Of a stretch of DNA of 64,000 nt, positions 32,848 through 42,069 are shown piece after piece. The stretch comes from Planctomycetia bacterium (GTDB lineage: Bacteria; Planctomycetota; Planctomycetia; Pirellulales; Thermoguttaceae): NCBI GenBank assembly GCA_030537455.1, contig JAUNMR010000014.1, positions 4,650 through 68,649 of the forward strand, given 5' to 3'. Each line of letters opens with the position of its first letter. Position 1 is the first letter of the stretch. Position numbers and translations under genes: made by a program. The notes below the pieces were generated by a model. That model did no database searches. It was not told where the DNA came from and saw nothing but the letters and a program-made list of their open reading frames with translations.

Positions 32848-34050
32848 ATGAACCGAGTCTTAATTATTGGCGCCGGGGGCGTCGGGCGCGTTGTCTTAAA
32901 CAAATGCGCACAACATCCGGAAATCTTTGAAGACGTCGTCTTTGCAAGCCGAACGGTCAGTAAATGCGAAAAGATTGTCAGTGAAATCAAATCTTTTCCC
33001 AAGCCAATTACAACCGAGCAAGTCGACGCGGACGACGTTGACCAACTCGTACGACTCTTTGAAAAGTATCAGCCGAAACTCGTGATCAACGTGGCTTTGC
33101 CCTACCAAGATCTCACTATCATGGAGGCGTGCCTCAAGACCGGCGTAAACTACCTCGACACCGCAAATTACGAACATCCTGACATTCCGAAATTCTGCTA
33201 CGCTCCACAATGGGCTATGCACGAACGCTTCAAGGAAGCTGGTCTCACCGCGCTACTAGGTTGCGGTTTCGACCCCGGAATGACCAATATCTACGTCGCG
33301 TACGCTAGAAAGAATCTCTTTGACCGGATCGACACGGTCGATATCATCGACTGCAACGCCGGCGATCATGGCTACCCGTTCGCAACGAACTTCAACCCGG
33401 AAATCAATATCCGCGAAGTCACCGCCAAGGGGCGTTACTACCAGCAGGGCGAATGGATCGAAACCGAACCTATGGAAGTAATGCGCGTTTTCGACTTCCC
33501 TGAGGGTATCGGCGCCAAAGATATGTATCTCCTGTATCACGAGGAGATGGAATCCCTGACGAAACATTTTCCCGAAATCAAACGCATGAGATTCTGGATG
33601 ACCTTTGGTCAGTCGTATCTCATGCACCTACGTGCGTTACAAAACGTCGGAATGACGAGCGTGGAGCCGATCTTGTATCAGGGTCAGGAGATTATTCCGC
33701 TACAATTCCTCAAAGCGGTCTTGCCCGATCCGGCGTCGCTCGGTCCGCGTACTGTCGGCAAAACGTGCATTGGCATTTGGGTCGACGGCGTCAAAAACGA
33801 ACAACGTCAATTCACTTATATCTATAATATCTGCGATCATCAGGAATCGTACCGTGAAACCGGCGCTCAGGCGGTCAGTTACACCACGGGCGTGCCCGCG
33901 GCGCTCGGCGCTAAAATGCTAATGACCGGACAATGGAGCGGTCACGGCGTCTTTAACGTGGAAGAATTCGACCCCGATCCCTTTATGAAAGAGATCGGTT
34001 CATGGGGACTGCCCTGGGTCGTCGCTTACCCTGAGAAAGCGTTTGAATAA
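32848..34050 (+). CDS. Carboxy(nor)spermidine dehydrogenase/synthase (saccharopine dehydrogenase family)
   Basis: MNRVLIIGAGGVGRVV is a Rossmann motif, and a GAGG Shine-Dalgarno lies 7 nt upstream of the ATG at 32848. The length is about 400 aa. The decarboxylase gene lies next to it. Confidence 0.75.
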   Translation: MNRVLIIGAGGVGRVVLNKCAQHPEIFEDVVFASRTVSKCEKIVSEIKSFPKPITTEQVDADDVDQLVRLFEKYQPKLVINVALPYQDLTIMEACLKTGVNYLDTANYEHPDIPKFCYAPQWAMHERFKEAGLTALLGCGFDPGMTNIYVAYARKNLFDRIDTVDIIDCNAGDHGYPFATNFNPEINIREVTAKGRYYQQGEWIETEPMEVMRVFDFPEGIGAKDMYLLYHEEMESLTKHFPEIKRMRFWMTFGQSYLMHLRALQNVGMTSVEPILYQGQEIIPLQFLKAVLPDPASLGPRTVGKTCIGIWVDGVKNEQRQFTYIYNICDHQESYRETGAQAVSYTTGVPAALGAKMLMTGQWSGHGVFNVEEFDPDPFMKEIGSWGLPWVVAYPEKAFE

Positions 34051-34317
34051 TGCGCCGAACGGGTCGCGTTATGATCTATCGCTCGCGCTACAATCGGCGC
34101 GCACAAGACGTAACTGCCACACAATTTGCGTTTACGCCTTAGCGCGCTGTATCGTAGTTCTTTTCTTGTCGCTCGTCTACTATTTTGCACACAACTTCGT
34201 GCTTGCTTGCACGCGTGTTCGCATAGTAAGATGAGACCGCTTGTGCCTTCGATAGATCAACGTTACGCGTTCGCGTTTATTAACGACGCTTTCCGCGCCT
34301 ATTGTCTCTTGTATTTA

Positions 34318-34354
34318 TTCTAACACGTGGCGATACCGATATTTCCGTCACGTG
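34318..34354. promoter_or_regulatory. Two CACGTG palindromes 25 bp apart (copy 2 of TTCTAACACGTGG plus a second CACGTG) upstream of nspC
   Basis: ttctaaCACGTGgcgataccgatatttccgtCACGTGtc lies 43-79 nt upstream of the nspC ATG. Confidence 0.25.
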
Positions 34355-34396
34355 TCTGAGTCTGAAATAAACCGTGGTTAATAAAAACGCACAAAG

Positions 34397-35614
34397 ATGA
34401 ATCCGATACTCCCCTATCCCCCCTTTAATTACGCCGCCGCCCCGACTGAAACGCCCTACTACATTATCGACCGCGCGTTGATTCGCCGCAATATGCGCAC
34501 GCTGGAATACATTCAAAAAGAAGCGGGTTGTCGTATCCTCTTGGCGCTCAAGGCCTTTTCGACCTGGGCGGTCTTTGACGAAATGGAGCCGTACCTAGCC
34601 GGCGTGGCGGCCAGTAGTTTGAACGAAGCGCGACTGGGACGTGAGCATTTCAGTAAAACCAAGGACGTGCACGTCTATTCTCCGGCCTACTCCGAAGCGG
34701 AAATGGTCGAACTGTGCAAAATCGCCGACTACATCGTCTTTAACTCCTTCCAGCAATGGCAAAAATTCCGTCCGCTTCTGGAATCTTGTGGACGCAAAAT
34801 TCAAGTCGGTCTGCGCATTAACCCGGAATATTCCGAGGTTTCCCTGGAAATCTACAATCCCTGCACCAATCGTTCCCGTTTCGGCGTACGTTTGGAAAAC
34901 CTCGTTGACCTTGGCGAGGACGCGCTAGACGGCGTCGACGGGTTCCACTTCCACACCATGTGCCAACAAGGTTCCGACGTACTGCAACGTACGCTCGAGG
35001 TCTTTTGTGAGCGTTTTGAGAAATACTTCCACCGCATTAAGTGGGTCAACTTCGGCGGCGGTCATCACATTACACGAATGGGCTACGACATAGAGCATCT
35101 CATTAACCTGGTCAAGAGCTTCCGCGAACGTTACGGTCTGGAAGTCCTATTAGAGCCGGGCGAAACGCACGTACTACATACCGGCTTACTTATCTCTACG
35201 GTTCTGGACGTGATCGAAAACCCCAACGGCGTCGACGTAGCGATTGTTGACGTTTCAGCCTCCGCGCACATGCCGGACGTTCTGGAAATGCCCTACACGC
35301 CTGAGATTCTCAACGCGCGACGCGCTGTAGAAGACGTTGAAGGTCCTCTGGCGGAAGGCGCGCACAAGTATATTGTCGGGTGCAAGACCTGCCTGTCTGG
35401 CGACGTCATTGGCGAATATATGTTCCCAAGACCATTGCAAGTTGGCGATCGGCTCTCCTTTGAGGACATGTCGCAATATACGATCTGCAAAAACACGACA
35501 TTCAACGGTATTCAGTTACCGTCGATCGTCTCGTGCGATTCCGACGTTCCGGGCGGTAATTTTCAAGTTCATCGTAAATTTAACTACGAAGACTTTAAGA
35601 CGCGCTTGTCCTAA
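34397..35614 (+). CDS. nspC: Carboxy(nor)spermidine decarboxylase
   Basis: 405 aa of PLP-dependent group IV decarboxylase type, starting PYYIIDRALIRRNMRTLEYIQKEAGCRILLALKAFS. A GGGHH-type motif (NFGGGHHI) is present. It is paired with the dehydrogenase gene. Confidence 0.8.
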   Translation: MNPILPYPPFNYAAAPTETPYYIIDRALIRRNMRTLEYIQKEAGCRILLALKAFSTWAVFDEMEPYLAGVAASSLNEARLGREHFSKTKDVHVYSPAYSEAEMVELCKIADYIVFNSFQQWQKFRPLLESCGRKIQVGLRINPEYSEVSLEIYNPCTNRSRFGVRLENLVDLGEDALDGVDGFHFHTMCQQGSDVLQRTLEVFCERFEKYFHRIKWVNFGGGHHITRMGYDIEHLINLVKSFRERYGLEVLLEPGETHVLHTGLLISTVLDVIENPNGVDVAIVDVSASAHMPDVLEMPYTPEILNARRAVEDVEGPLAEGAHKYIVGCKTCLSGDVIGEYMFPRPLQVGDRLSFEDMSQYTICKNTTFNGIQLPSIVSCDSDVPGGNFQVHRKFNYEDFKTRLS

Positions 35615-35693
35615 ATGTACGTTCTGGTAGAATCAACGTGTCGCGCCTGCGTGCGCGTATCCCCCCAACATTGACGCAGAAGAAAGGTTATCT

Positions 35694-36089
35694 GTGCCGA
35701 AACCGACTCAAAACCAAGAGAATGAGCCGCGCGTTTCCATGCGAACAAAACTCGGCTGGATCATCTTTGTCATGGCGTGTCTCATTGTTTACGGAATCGT
35801 GCGTTATTATACGCTCGGCGACGTCTCCTTTTTTGAACTTAACCGCCTCTTTATTATCCTCTTCCTTTTGTGGCTAGCGTGGCCGGAGCTTGCGGAACTA
35901 CCGAAGTGGATTCTCACGATCGTCCCAATCTGCGCTATCGCATGTTCCTGGCGACCGCAACTACTCGTGGTAGTATTGCCCGTCACGATACTCTATCTCT
36001 TTCTACGCCCCCCCGCAAAGAGATATGCGCGCAAAAAAAGAGTCAAGAGCAACGCTTTGACCACGCGAAGCGACGCCAAAAAGAATTAA
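35694..36089 (+). CDS. Hypothetical membrane protein (131 aa)
   Basis: Three to four hydrophobic helices and a basic C-terminal tail. The start is GTG at 35694, with an alternative ATG at 35739. Confidence 0.5.
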   Translation: MPKPTQNQENEPRVSMRTKLGWIIFVMACLIVYGIVRYYTLGDVSFFELNRLFIILFLLWLAWPELAELPKWILTIVPICAIACSWRPQLLVVVLPVTILYLFLRPPAKRYARKKRVKSNALTTRSDAKKN

Positions 36090-36096
36090 TTCATAA

Positions 36097-36150
36097 AAAA
36101 CGCTTCGCACGTCGACGTCACCTATCACGACGCGACTAGCGAAGCGTTTT
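36097..36150. terminator. Bidirectional hairpin terminator at a convergent junction
   Basis: aaaacgcttcgc ...30-nt partly self-paired loop... gcgaagcgtttt has 12-bp outer arms with A/T tracts. Confidence 0.5.
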
Positions 36151-36187
36151 GCATATGTTATCTTACACGCGGTTTTCTTACGTGAAC

Positions 36188-37168
36188 TTACCCGCGCGGA
36201 GCGAAAAAGCTCTGCATCTTTTCCAGACCAATACGCGCCTGATCGACTGCTGACATTTTATCGCGGTAGGAACGATTGAAGATCTCGAAGGAAAGAACCC
36301 CGTTGAAACCATTGTTCAAGATAGTGGACAGGATAAAGTCCATAGGCGCGGCTCCGTCGCCGGGGAAGACGCGGTCGCCGTCGTTGAGTTTTTCACGTTC
36401 CGGTTCGCTCGGATAGTCGTTCATATGGAAGACGGGCATAGCCGCGCCGCTAATGAGCGCAAGCGCTTCGAACGGATTACCCCCGCGATAGAGGTGATAC
36501 ACGTCAAGCAGTAAGGCGGCGTCGGTACGACCGGTCTTCGCGCAAATTGCCAGGCAGTCGGAAAGTTGTGACAGCGTCGGGGAAGGTCCCCACAGTTCCA
36601 GGAGCGGGCGCACGCCGTAAGTCTCGCCCAATTCGAGAATTGCACGATATCGTTCCGCAATGACGTCGAGGTCGGAGATCTTCTCATTCCAGGGACCGGC
36701 CGCCGGCGCCGCGACATAGGGCGCGCCCAGAATCTCAAGCGCCTCCATTTGGCACGCCAACTCGTCCAGACCCTGCTTACGACGCTCCGGTTCGTTCATA
36801 ATCCAGGTCGCAAAACCAATAGCGCCCTCGACTTGTAGACCCTCGCCGTCTAGGAACTTTTTAAGTTCTTCCAATTTACCACGCGACATGTGTCCGTTTT
36901 CAACGCCTGAATACGCCTGAAGACGATCGAACCATATTTCAACGGAATGATAACCGGCGTCGCGCGCGGTCTTGAGTTCGTCCATAAGGGACAATTCGTA
37001 ATTACGTAACGTTCCCAAGTTCAGGCAAAATTTAACCTTACTGGCGTCCAAGGTTGAGGAAGAGGAGGCGCTTGAATCTAACGCCGACAGAGTCGACGTC
37101 GCGCCCAGCGCCACGCCAAGTGAAACCGAAGTCAAAAAAGAACGACGTGTTATTTCATGTTTTGTCAT
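36188..37168 (-). CDS. Tat-exported sugar phosphate isomerase/epimerase (xylose isomerase-like TIM barrel)
   Basis: The twin-arginine signal reads MTKHEITRRSFLTSVSLGVALGA. The rest has AP-endonuclease-2 / xylose-isomerase-like barrel features (HSVEIW, LLELWG, FHMNDYP). Confidence 0.7.
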   Translation of the reverse strand: MTKHEITRRSFLTSVSLGVALGATSTLSALDSSASSSSTLDASKVKFCLNLGTLRNYELSLMDELKTARDAGYHSVEIWFDRLQAYSGVENGHMSRGKLEELKKFLDGEGLQVEGAIGFATWIMNEPERRKQGLDELACQMEALEILGAPYVAAPAAGPWNEKISDLDVIAERYRAILELGETYGVRPLLELWGPSPTLSQLSDCLAICAKTGRTDAALLLDVYHLYRGGNPFEALALISGAAMPVFHMNDYPSEPEREKLNDGDRVFPGDGAAPMDFILSTILNNGFNGVLSFEIFNRSYRDKMSAVDQARIGLEKMQSFFAPRG

Positions 37169-37362
37169 CGTATTGGTTTTCTATAAAGGGAACGTTGATA
37201 TATTTAGAACAAGGTCGCCAGACAAAGCCACAAAAATGAAACAGGAGTCTGTCGACAACTAGCGATGCATGAATTACAAGATAAAACAAACCAGACGCGC
37301 CGTCAAGTCTACAAGGAACTCACGTCGGCGCTCACAGTGTGACAAACGTTGAAGCGTTCGCG

Positions 37363-38712
37363 CTATTCGAGTTTATCGATCCGCTCCATTTCCCCTGCGC
37401 GTAACGCTAAATAGCTCTCGTAGCGACGTGCGTCAAGTCGACCGTCCGCCACAGCGTCCTTGACAGCGCAAGACGCCTCGTGCGTATGAGTGCAATCTTG
37501 GAATTTACAGAGGTTTTCGTAGGGTCGCAGGTCGCGATAATACCCCACGACCTCGTTAGGTTCCACGTCCCAGAGCATAAACTGACGAATACCGGGAGTG
37601 TCGACCACATAGCCGCCGAAGGACAACTTCAACAGTCGCGCGGTCGTCGTAGTATGACGACCCTTATGGTTGTCCTCGCTCACCGCGCCGACGCGAAGGT
37701 TCAAACTACTATCGATCGCATTAAGAGCAGAGGACTTACCGACGCCGCTCTGACCAACCACAACGCTTTCGTGTCCCACAAGAATTCGACGCAAACGTCC
37801 TAAATTAAAACCGGTCTTGGCGCTAAAAAGAACCGTTTGATACCCCATTTTGGCATAGACGCCCACAAGCGGCTGTAACGACGCCGGGTCGACTAAGTCG
37901 ATTTTATTCACACATACGATCGGGCGAATACCGGAGCGTTCACAAGTCACAAGGAGACGATCAATGAGATTCGGCTTGAGTCGCGGTTCCGCGGCGCTGG
38001 TGATTATGAGCGCCTGCTCGACATTAGCGACGACAATATGTTTGCGATTGCGACTGGTACGACTGAGCGTGCCGAAACGTGGCTCCACGCGTTCGATCAC
38101 CCCTTCGCATCGACCGTCGGGCTGGCGGGTATCGCGAAAATAGACGCGATCGCCTGCGACAACGACTTGGCGTTGATTCGTCGACAAGGTCTTGAGAACA
38201 CGTCGCGTCGCACAGGTAAAAACGCGACCCGACTCGTCTTCGACGTAAGAATTAACGCCGTGAACGCTCAAGACACGCCCCTTTTGGCAAACGGTAAGAT
38301 CAACGTCGGGCAGAACTTCGAAATCTCCGCTCTCGCCAGAGAGATTCTCCTGACCGATATAAACGCCAACGACAGTACGTTTACGCGCTAAGTCACCCTT
38401 GGCATTGAGACGTTCGCCGCTCACTACGTCGTTCACGTCGCTAGAGAGAATACGTCGACCGCGAACGCGACGTCTATTTTCACCGCGCTGTGCCTGTGCC
38501 TCGCGAACGTCCTCCAACTGATCCTGCGTAGCGTCCTTCGCCTTGGAATCTCGCGCGACAAGCGACAAATCGTTGTCTTCGTCTTGCTGATTCTCTATGC
38601 TTTCGTGGTACTGTCGAGTCCAGTCGATCACGCGCGCTCGATCGGCGCGATTGCGTTTAAATTCCACGCGAATCTTTTGACTTCCACCTCGGGACTTGCG
38701 TTTCGCATTCAT
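37363..38712 (-). CDS. rsgA: Ribosome small-subunit-dependent GTPase A with a long N-terminal extension
   Basis: The GTPase is circularly permuted: NKIDL, GQSGVGKSSALNAI, GRHTTT and DTPGIRQF. The C-terminus carries the zinc motif CKFQDCTHTHEASC. Confidence 0.85.
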   Translation of the reverse strand: MNAKRKSRGGSQKIRVEFKRNRADRARVIDWTRQYHESIENQQDEDNDLSLVARDSKAKDATQDQLEDVREAQAQRGENRRRVRGRRILSSDVNDVVSGERLNAKGDLARKRTVVGVYIGQENLSGESGDFEVLPDVDLTVCQKGRVLSVHGVNSYVEDESGRVFTCATRRVLKTLSTNQRQVVVAGDRVYFRDTRQPDGRCEGVIERVEPRFGTLSRTSRNRKHIVVANVEQALIITSAAEPRLKPNLIDRLLVTCERSGIRPIVCVNKIDLVDPASLQPLVGVYAKMGYQTVLFSAKTGFNLGRLRRILVGHESVVVGQSGVGKSSALNAIDSSLNLRVGAVSEDNHKGRHTTTTARLLKLSFGGYVVDTPGIRQFMLWDVEPNEVVGYYRDLRPYENLCKFQDCTHTHEASCAVKDAVADGRLDARRYESYLALRAGEMERIDKLE

Positions 38713-38775
38713 CTGGATACCAATTCGAACGTTAGACGTCTAGTAAATCATTTGCCGAAGGGGAAAGGCGTCGAG

Positions 38776-39606
38776 TTATTTTTTACAATAGTCGATCGCG
38801 CGCGCTAATTCGCTCTTCATGTCTTGACGTTTGACAATACGATCGATAAAGCCGTGCTCCAGTAGGAATTCGCTCGTTTGAAAGCCCGGGGGCAATTCGA
38901 TACGAATCGTCGCTTTAATTGTACGTGGACCGGCAAAGCCAATAAGCGCTTTCGGTTCAGCAAAGACAACGTCGCCGAGGGACGCAAAACTCGCCGCAAC
39001 GCCGCCCATGGTCGGATTCGTGAGAACAGAAATAAAGAGTCCGCCGGCTTTATGAAAACGAGCAAGCGCCGCAGACGTCTTTGCCATCTGCATGAGAGAA
39101 TGAATACCCTCTTGCATACGCGCGCCACCGCCGGAACCGGAAAAAATAATCAGAGGTAAATCGAGCTCTTGAGCGCGTTCAATCGCACGCGTGAGCTTCT
39201 CGCCGACAACCGAACCCATTGAACCCATAATAAAGCGCGAGTCGGTCACGCCAAAGGCGACTTTACGCGCGCGCACGCGTCCACAACCGGTAATTGCGGC
39301 ATCGCGCATACCGGTGGCGCGTCTATCAGCGGCAAGTCTTTCCGGGTAGGTGCGACTATCGCGGAAATTCAGTGGATCAGACGCGATTAAATCGGCGTCC
39401 CATTCTTCGAAAGTGCCTTCGTCAAGGGTCTGCTGAATCCGCTCTTGTGCGGTTATCGACCAGTGATAGTTACATTCTGGACAGGTTCCGAGTTGACGTT
39501 GCGCCTCTTTGCGAAAGATCGTCGCCTGGCATCCAGGACATCTCACCCACAATCCCTCGGGCACGCCGCGTCTACGCTTGGTATCTGTCAAATCCTGCAA
39601 ACTCAT
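38776..39606 (-). CDS. accD: Acetyl-CoA carboxylase carboxyltransferase beta subunit
   Basis: The N-terminal zinc ribbon reads CPGCQATIF...CPECNYH. The carboxyltransferase domain contains [10 protein letters not shown] and SGGARMQEG. Confidence 0.9.
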   Translation of the reverse strand: MSLQDLTDTKRRRGVPEGLWVRCPGCQATIFRKEAQRQLGTCPECNYHWSITAQERIQQTLDEGTFEEWDADLIASDPLNFRDSRTYPERLAADRRATGMRDAAITGCGRVRARKVAFGVTDSRFIMGSMGSVVGEKLTRAIERAQELDLPLIIFSGSGGGARMQEGIHSLMQMAKTSAALARFHKAGGLFISVLTNPTMGGVAASFASLGDVVFAEPKALIGFAGPRTIKATIRIELPPGFQTSEFLLEHGFIDRIVKRQDMKSELARAIDYCKK

Positions 39607-39653
39607 GAATTTTCGTCCGTAATATATCGAATCTCGCCAAGAGATTACGTTCG

Positions 39654-40364
39654 TTAGTTGCCTGTGGCGCCGCTAAGCGCTTGATAAGCCGTTGAAGCGA
39701 GAGCGTCGATCTGAGCGCGGTAATCATCCGCGCGAAACACGCCAGTGCCGGCGACAAAAAGATTAACGCCCGCGACCGCCGCCGCGCCGATCGTCTCCAC
39801 GTCGATACCGCCGTCGATCTCAATGAGCGCGTCCTCACGCGCCGCACGACGCAACGCACGAACCGAGTCCAGTGCGTCGGCGTGAAACTTCTGACCGCCG
39901 AATCCAGCTGGTACGCTCATTGTCAGGAGGATATCAGCCTCTTGTGCATAAGGCAGAATCTTCTCCACCGGCGTGCCATAATTGAGCACAAGCCCGGGCG
40001 CGGCGCCAAGTTCACGAATGTGACGAAGAACTGGCGTCGGCTCCTCTACCGCTTCGATATGAATCGAGAGGGAATCTGCGCCTGCGCGACGAAACGCCTC
40101 TAAATAACGCTCCGGCTTGACAATCATAAGGTGAACGTCAAGTTTAAGACTCGTCTTTTTACGCAACGCCGCCACGACTGGCGGTCCGATCGTTATATTG
40201 GGAACGAGCAGACCGTCCATCACGTCAATGTGCAGAACCTTAACGTCGGCGCGTTCTAGGCGTCTTATTTCGTTCTCAAGATTAGCAAAATCCGACGCCA
40301 GTAGCGACGGGGCAATCGTAACACGTTCACGCGACAGTGCGCTTACCCATTCTTCGGAGTTCAT
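39654..40364 (-). CDS. rpe: Ribulose-phosphate 3-epimerase
   Basis: Family motifs [27 protein letters not shown] and VDGGI. Confidence 0.9.
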   Translation of the reverse strand: MNSEEWVSALSRERVTIAPSLLASDFANLENEIRRLERADVKVLHIDVMDGLLVPNITIGPPVVAALRKKTSLKLDVHLMIVKPERYLEAFRRAGADSLSIHIEAVEEPTPVLRHIRELGAAPGLVLNYGTPVEKILPYAQEADILLTMSVPAGFGGQKFHADALDSVRALRRAAREDALIEIDGGIDVETIGAAAVAGVNLFVAGTGVFRADDYRAQIDALASTAYQALSGATGN

Positions 40365-40511
40365 TGAGCAGTTCCTCTTTCTGCCGCAAACGCGCGATAA
40401 ACAAGCGCGAGGGCGACCGAGTATAGTATAACGTTCTATAGGAAAAAGTCAAAGAGTCTTTCGCGTACAAGTCCTATAAAATGCGCGCGTTTAACAAATT
40501 CTAGCCGCCCA

Positions 40512-40539
40512 TTGACCTTGGAACAATTTGTAGTACAAC
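40512..40539 (+). promoter_or_regulatory. Candidate promoter TTGACC-N16-TACAAC
   Basis: ttgacc ttggaacaatttgtag tacaac lies about 75 nt upstream of the orphan terminator. Confidence 0.3.
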
Positions 40540-40545
40540 CATACG

Positions 40546-40651
40546 GGAAAAGTTAGGGCGCGTTATGATAAACCGCGCATAGACCGATGAACTGATCGAG
40601 CGGCTCAAAGGAGCGTAAGTCCGGATTAATTACGGGGCTTACGCTTTTTTT
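40546..40651 (+). promoter_or_regulatory. Candidate cis-regulatory leader (riboswitch or attenuator) or short sRNA upstream of the MFS transporter gene
   Basis: About 105 nt between the candidate promoter and a strong plus-strand-only terminator that ends 38 nt before the MFS ATG. No plus-strand gene lies upstream. Confidence 0.35.
40612..40651 (+). terminator. Intrinsic terminator in the 5' leader of the MFS gene
   Basis: agcgtaagtcc ggattaattac gggcttacgct forms an 11-bp stem (one G-U pair), with the final t beginning a 7-nt T-run. The reverse complement has no T-run. Confidence 0.65.
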
Positions 40652-40688
40652 ATTGCGTTAGCCCTAAGGCAAACTATAGGAATAAACA

Positions 40689-41942
40689 ATGAACAAACCG
40701 ACAGGAGCGCCACGACCACGCATCTGGACGCTAACCTTTTGCAATCTCATCTTTATTTCACTCGCCTCGACCTCGATAGTCGACGCATTACAGGCGGCGT
40801 TGCCGATTTACATTGATTCTCTCGGGCGTGGCGCCACGCTCAGCGGGTTGCTCGTGACAATCTTTGCCGGCGCGTCTATTCCGCTCTTTCTAGCCTCTGG
40901 TCCGTTGGTCGATCGTTTCGGTCGGCGCGTGATTATGTTCTGTGGCGCGGTTCTGTTTTTTATCGGCGTCGCCATGCCGCTACTCTTGACAAGTATTCGA
41001 GCGTTACTCCTGGCGCGCGTGATTCAGGGTTGCGGATTTGCCGTCGTGAACGTCGCGAGCGCCGCGGCCGCGTCGTACATTCTCCCACGAGAAAGACTCG
41101 GAGAAGGAATTGGATATTACGGTTTGGGTCAATCCCTGGCGCTGGCGTTGGGACCGACAATTGGTCTGGGACTGATCAATCATTCTCACGGTGATCCGCG
41201 AATGATGTGGCTAACCCTCTCAGGCATTCTCCTGCTCGTATCGATCGCAAGTTTCTTCTGCTTCTGCGATCGTCCCAATCTGGCAAATATAACGCCACAA
41301 AAAGAACACGCCTGCGTCAAACGCGTAGAGAGCGGTCATAAAGTACGAGAATTCTTTCTCCTGTTCTTTGAACCAGGCGCTACTTGGGCGTCGCTTTTGA
41401 TCTTTCTTACGGTCATAGGCGTGAGCGCAACGATAGTATTTTCTGGTCTTTACGCTCAAACACGCGGTTTCTCCTCAGCAACGGCGTTTTTTGTGTTCAC
41501 CGCGCTTGCAATGATCGGTTCTCGTTTCAGCTCCGGTCTATTCATGGATCGTTATTCCCCCTTTGTGATACTCGTCCCGACGCTCGGAGCGTTGATGATT
41601 GCATTTCTCATGCTCGCTTATGCACAGACCCCGCTGGTCTTTAGTCTAGCGGGCATTCCCTTTGGTTTGGGCTTTGGGGTCGTCACGCCGCTCCTGTCGT
41701 CTGTGGCGGTTAAGCGTTCGCCACATAATCGTGGAGGCGTCGCCAATTCGATGTTCTATCTCTCGCTCAATATGAGCTTTGGCGTCGGCGCGCTTATCGG
41801 CGGTCGTGTCATTAGCGTTTTCGGCTTTCGAACCGCTTTCCTCCTGGCGACTATCACGGCAATTCTCCCGCTGGTCATTGGCTACTTTGTACTGTCCGAG
41901 AAATCAACGAACCAGAGCGCAGCGCCCTCCGTCGAAGCCTAA
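40689..41942 (+). CDS. MFS transporter (12 predicted helices)
   Basis: 417 aa. The loop 2-3 motif reads GPLVDRFGRRVIM, and hydrophobic helices run throughout. Confidence 0.85.
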   Translation: MNKPTGAPRPRIWTLTFCNLIFISLASTSIVDALQAALPIYIDSLGRGATLSGLLVTIFAGASIPLFLASGPLVDRFGRRVIMFCGAVLFFIGVAMPLLLTSIRALLLARVIQGCGFAVVNVASAAAASYILPRERLGEGIGYYGLGQSLALALGPTIGLGLINHSHGDPRMMWLTLSGILLLVSIASFFCFCDRPNLANITPQKEHACVKRVESGHKVREFFLLFFEPGATWASLLIFLTVIGVSATIVFSGLYAQTRGFSSATAFFVFTALAMIGSRFSSGLFMDRYSPFVILVPTLGALMIAFLMLAYAQTPLVFSLAGIPFGLGFGVVTPLLSSVAVKRSPHNRGGVANSMFYLSLNMSFGVGALIGGRVISVFGFRTAFLLATITAILPLVIGYFVLSEKSTNQSAAPSVEA

Positions 41943-41981
41943 ACCTCGTGTGAGCTTGTCGTTGGGTTAATCTTCACATAC

Positions 41982-42026
41982 AAAAAGAGCGCGTTAAGTT
42001 TCAATTTGACTTAACGCGCTCTTTTT
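41982..42026. terminator. Bidirectional intrinsic terminator at a convergent junction
   Basis: aaaaagagcgcgttaagt ttcaatttg acttaacgcgctcttttt forms an 18-bp perfect stem with A/T tracts. Confidence 0.75.
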
Positions 42027-42069
42027 ATCTACCGAAACTACCGCCGTTAACTTCGTTGTCAACCGGCTG

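Noticed and set aside
34043-34323. Two small plus-strand ORFs (63 and 65 aa) in the spacer between the two polyamine genes.
   Set aside because: They overlap each other, and they have no Shine-Dalgarno and no motifs. I treat the spacer as regulatory.
40546-40611. A resemblance of the MFS leader (GUUAGGGCGCG...) to the ykkC / guanidine-I riboswitch (UAGGGUUCCG...GGUCCGAGAG...ACGG..GGGA).
   Set aside because: Only the UAGGG pentamer and one generic hairpin match. The other conserved blocks are absent, so I make no class assignment.
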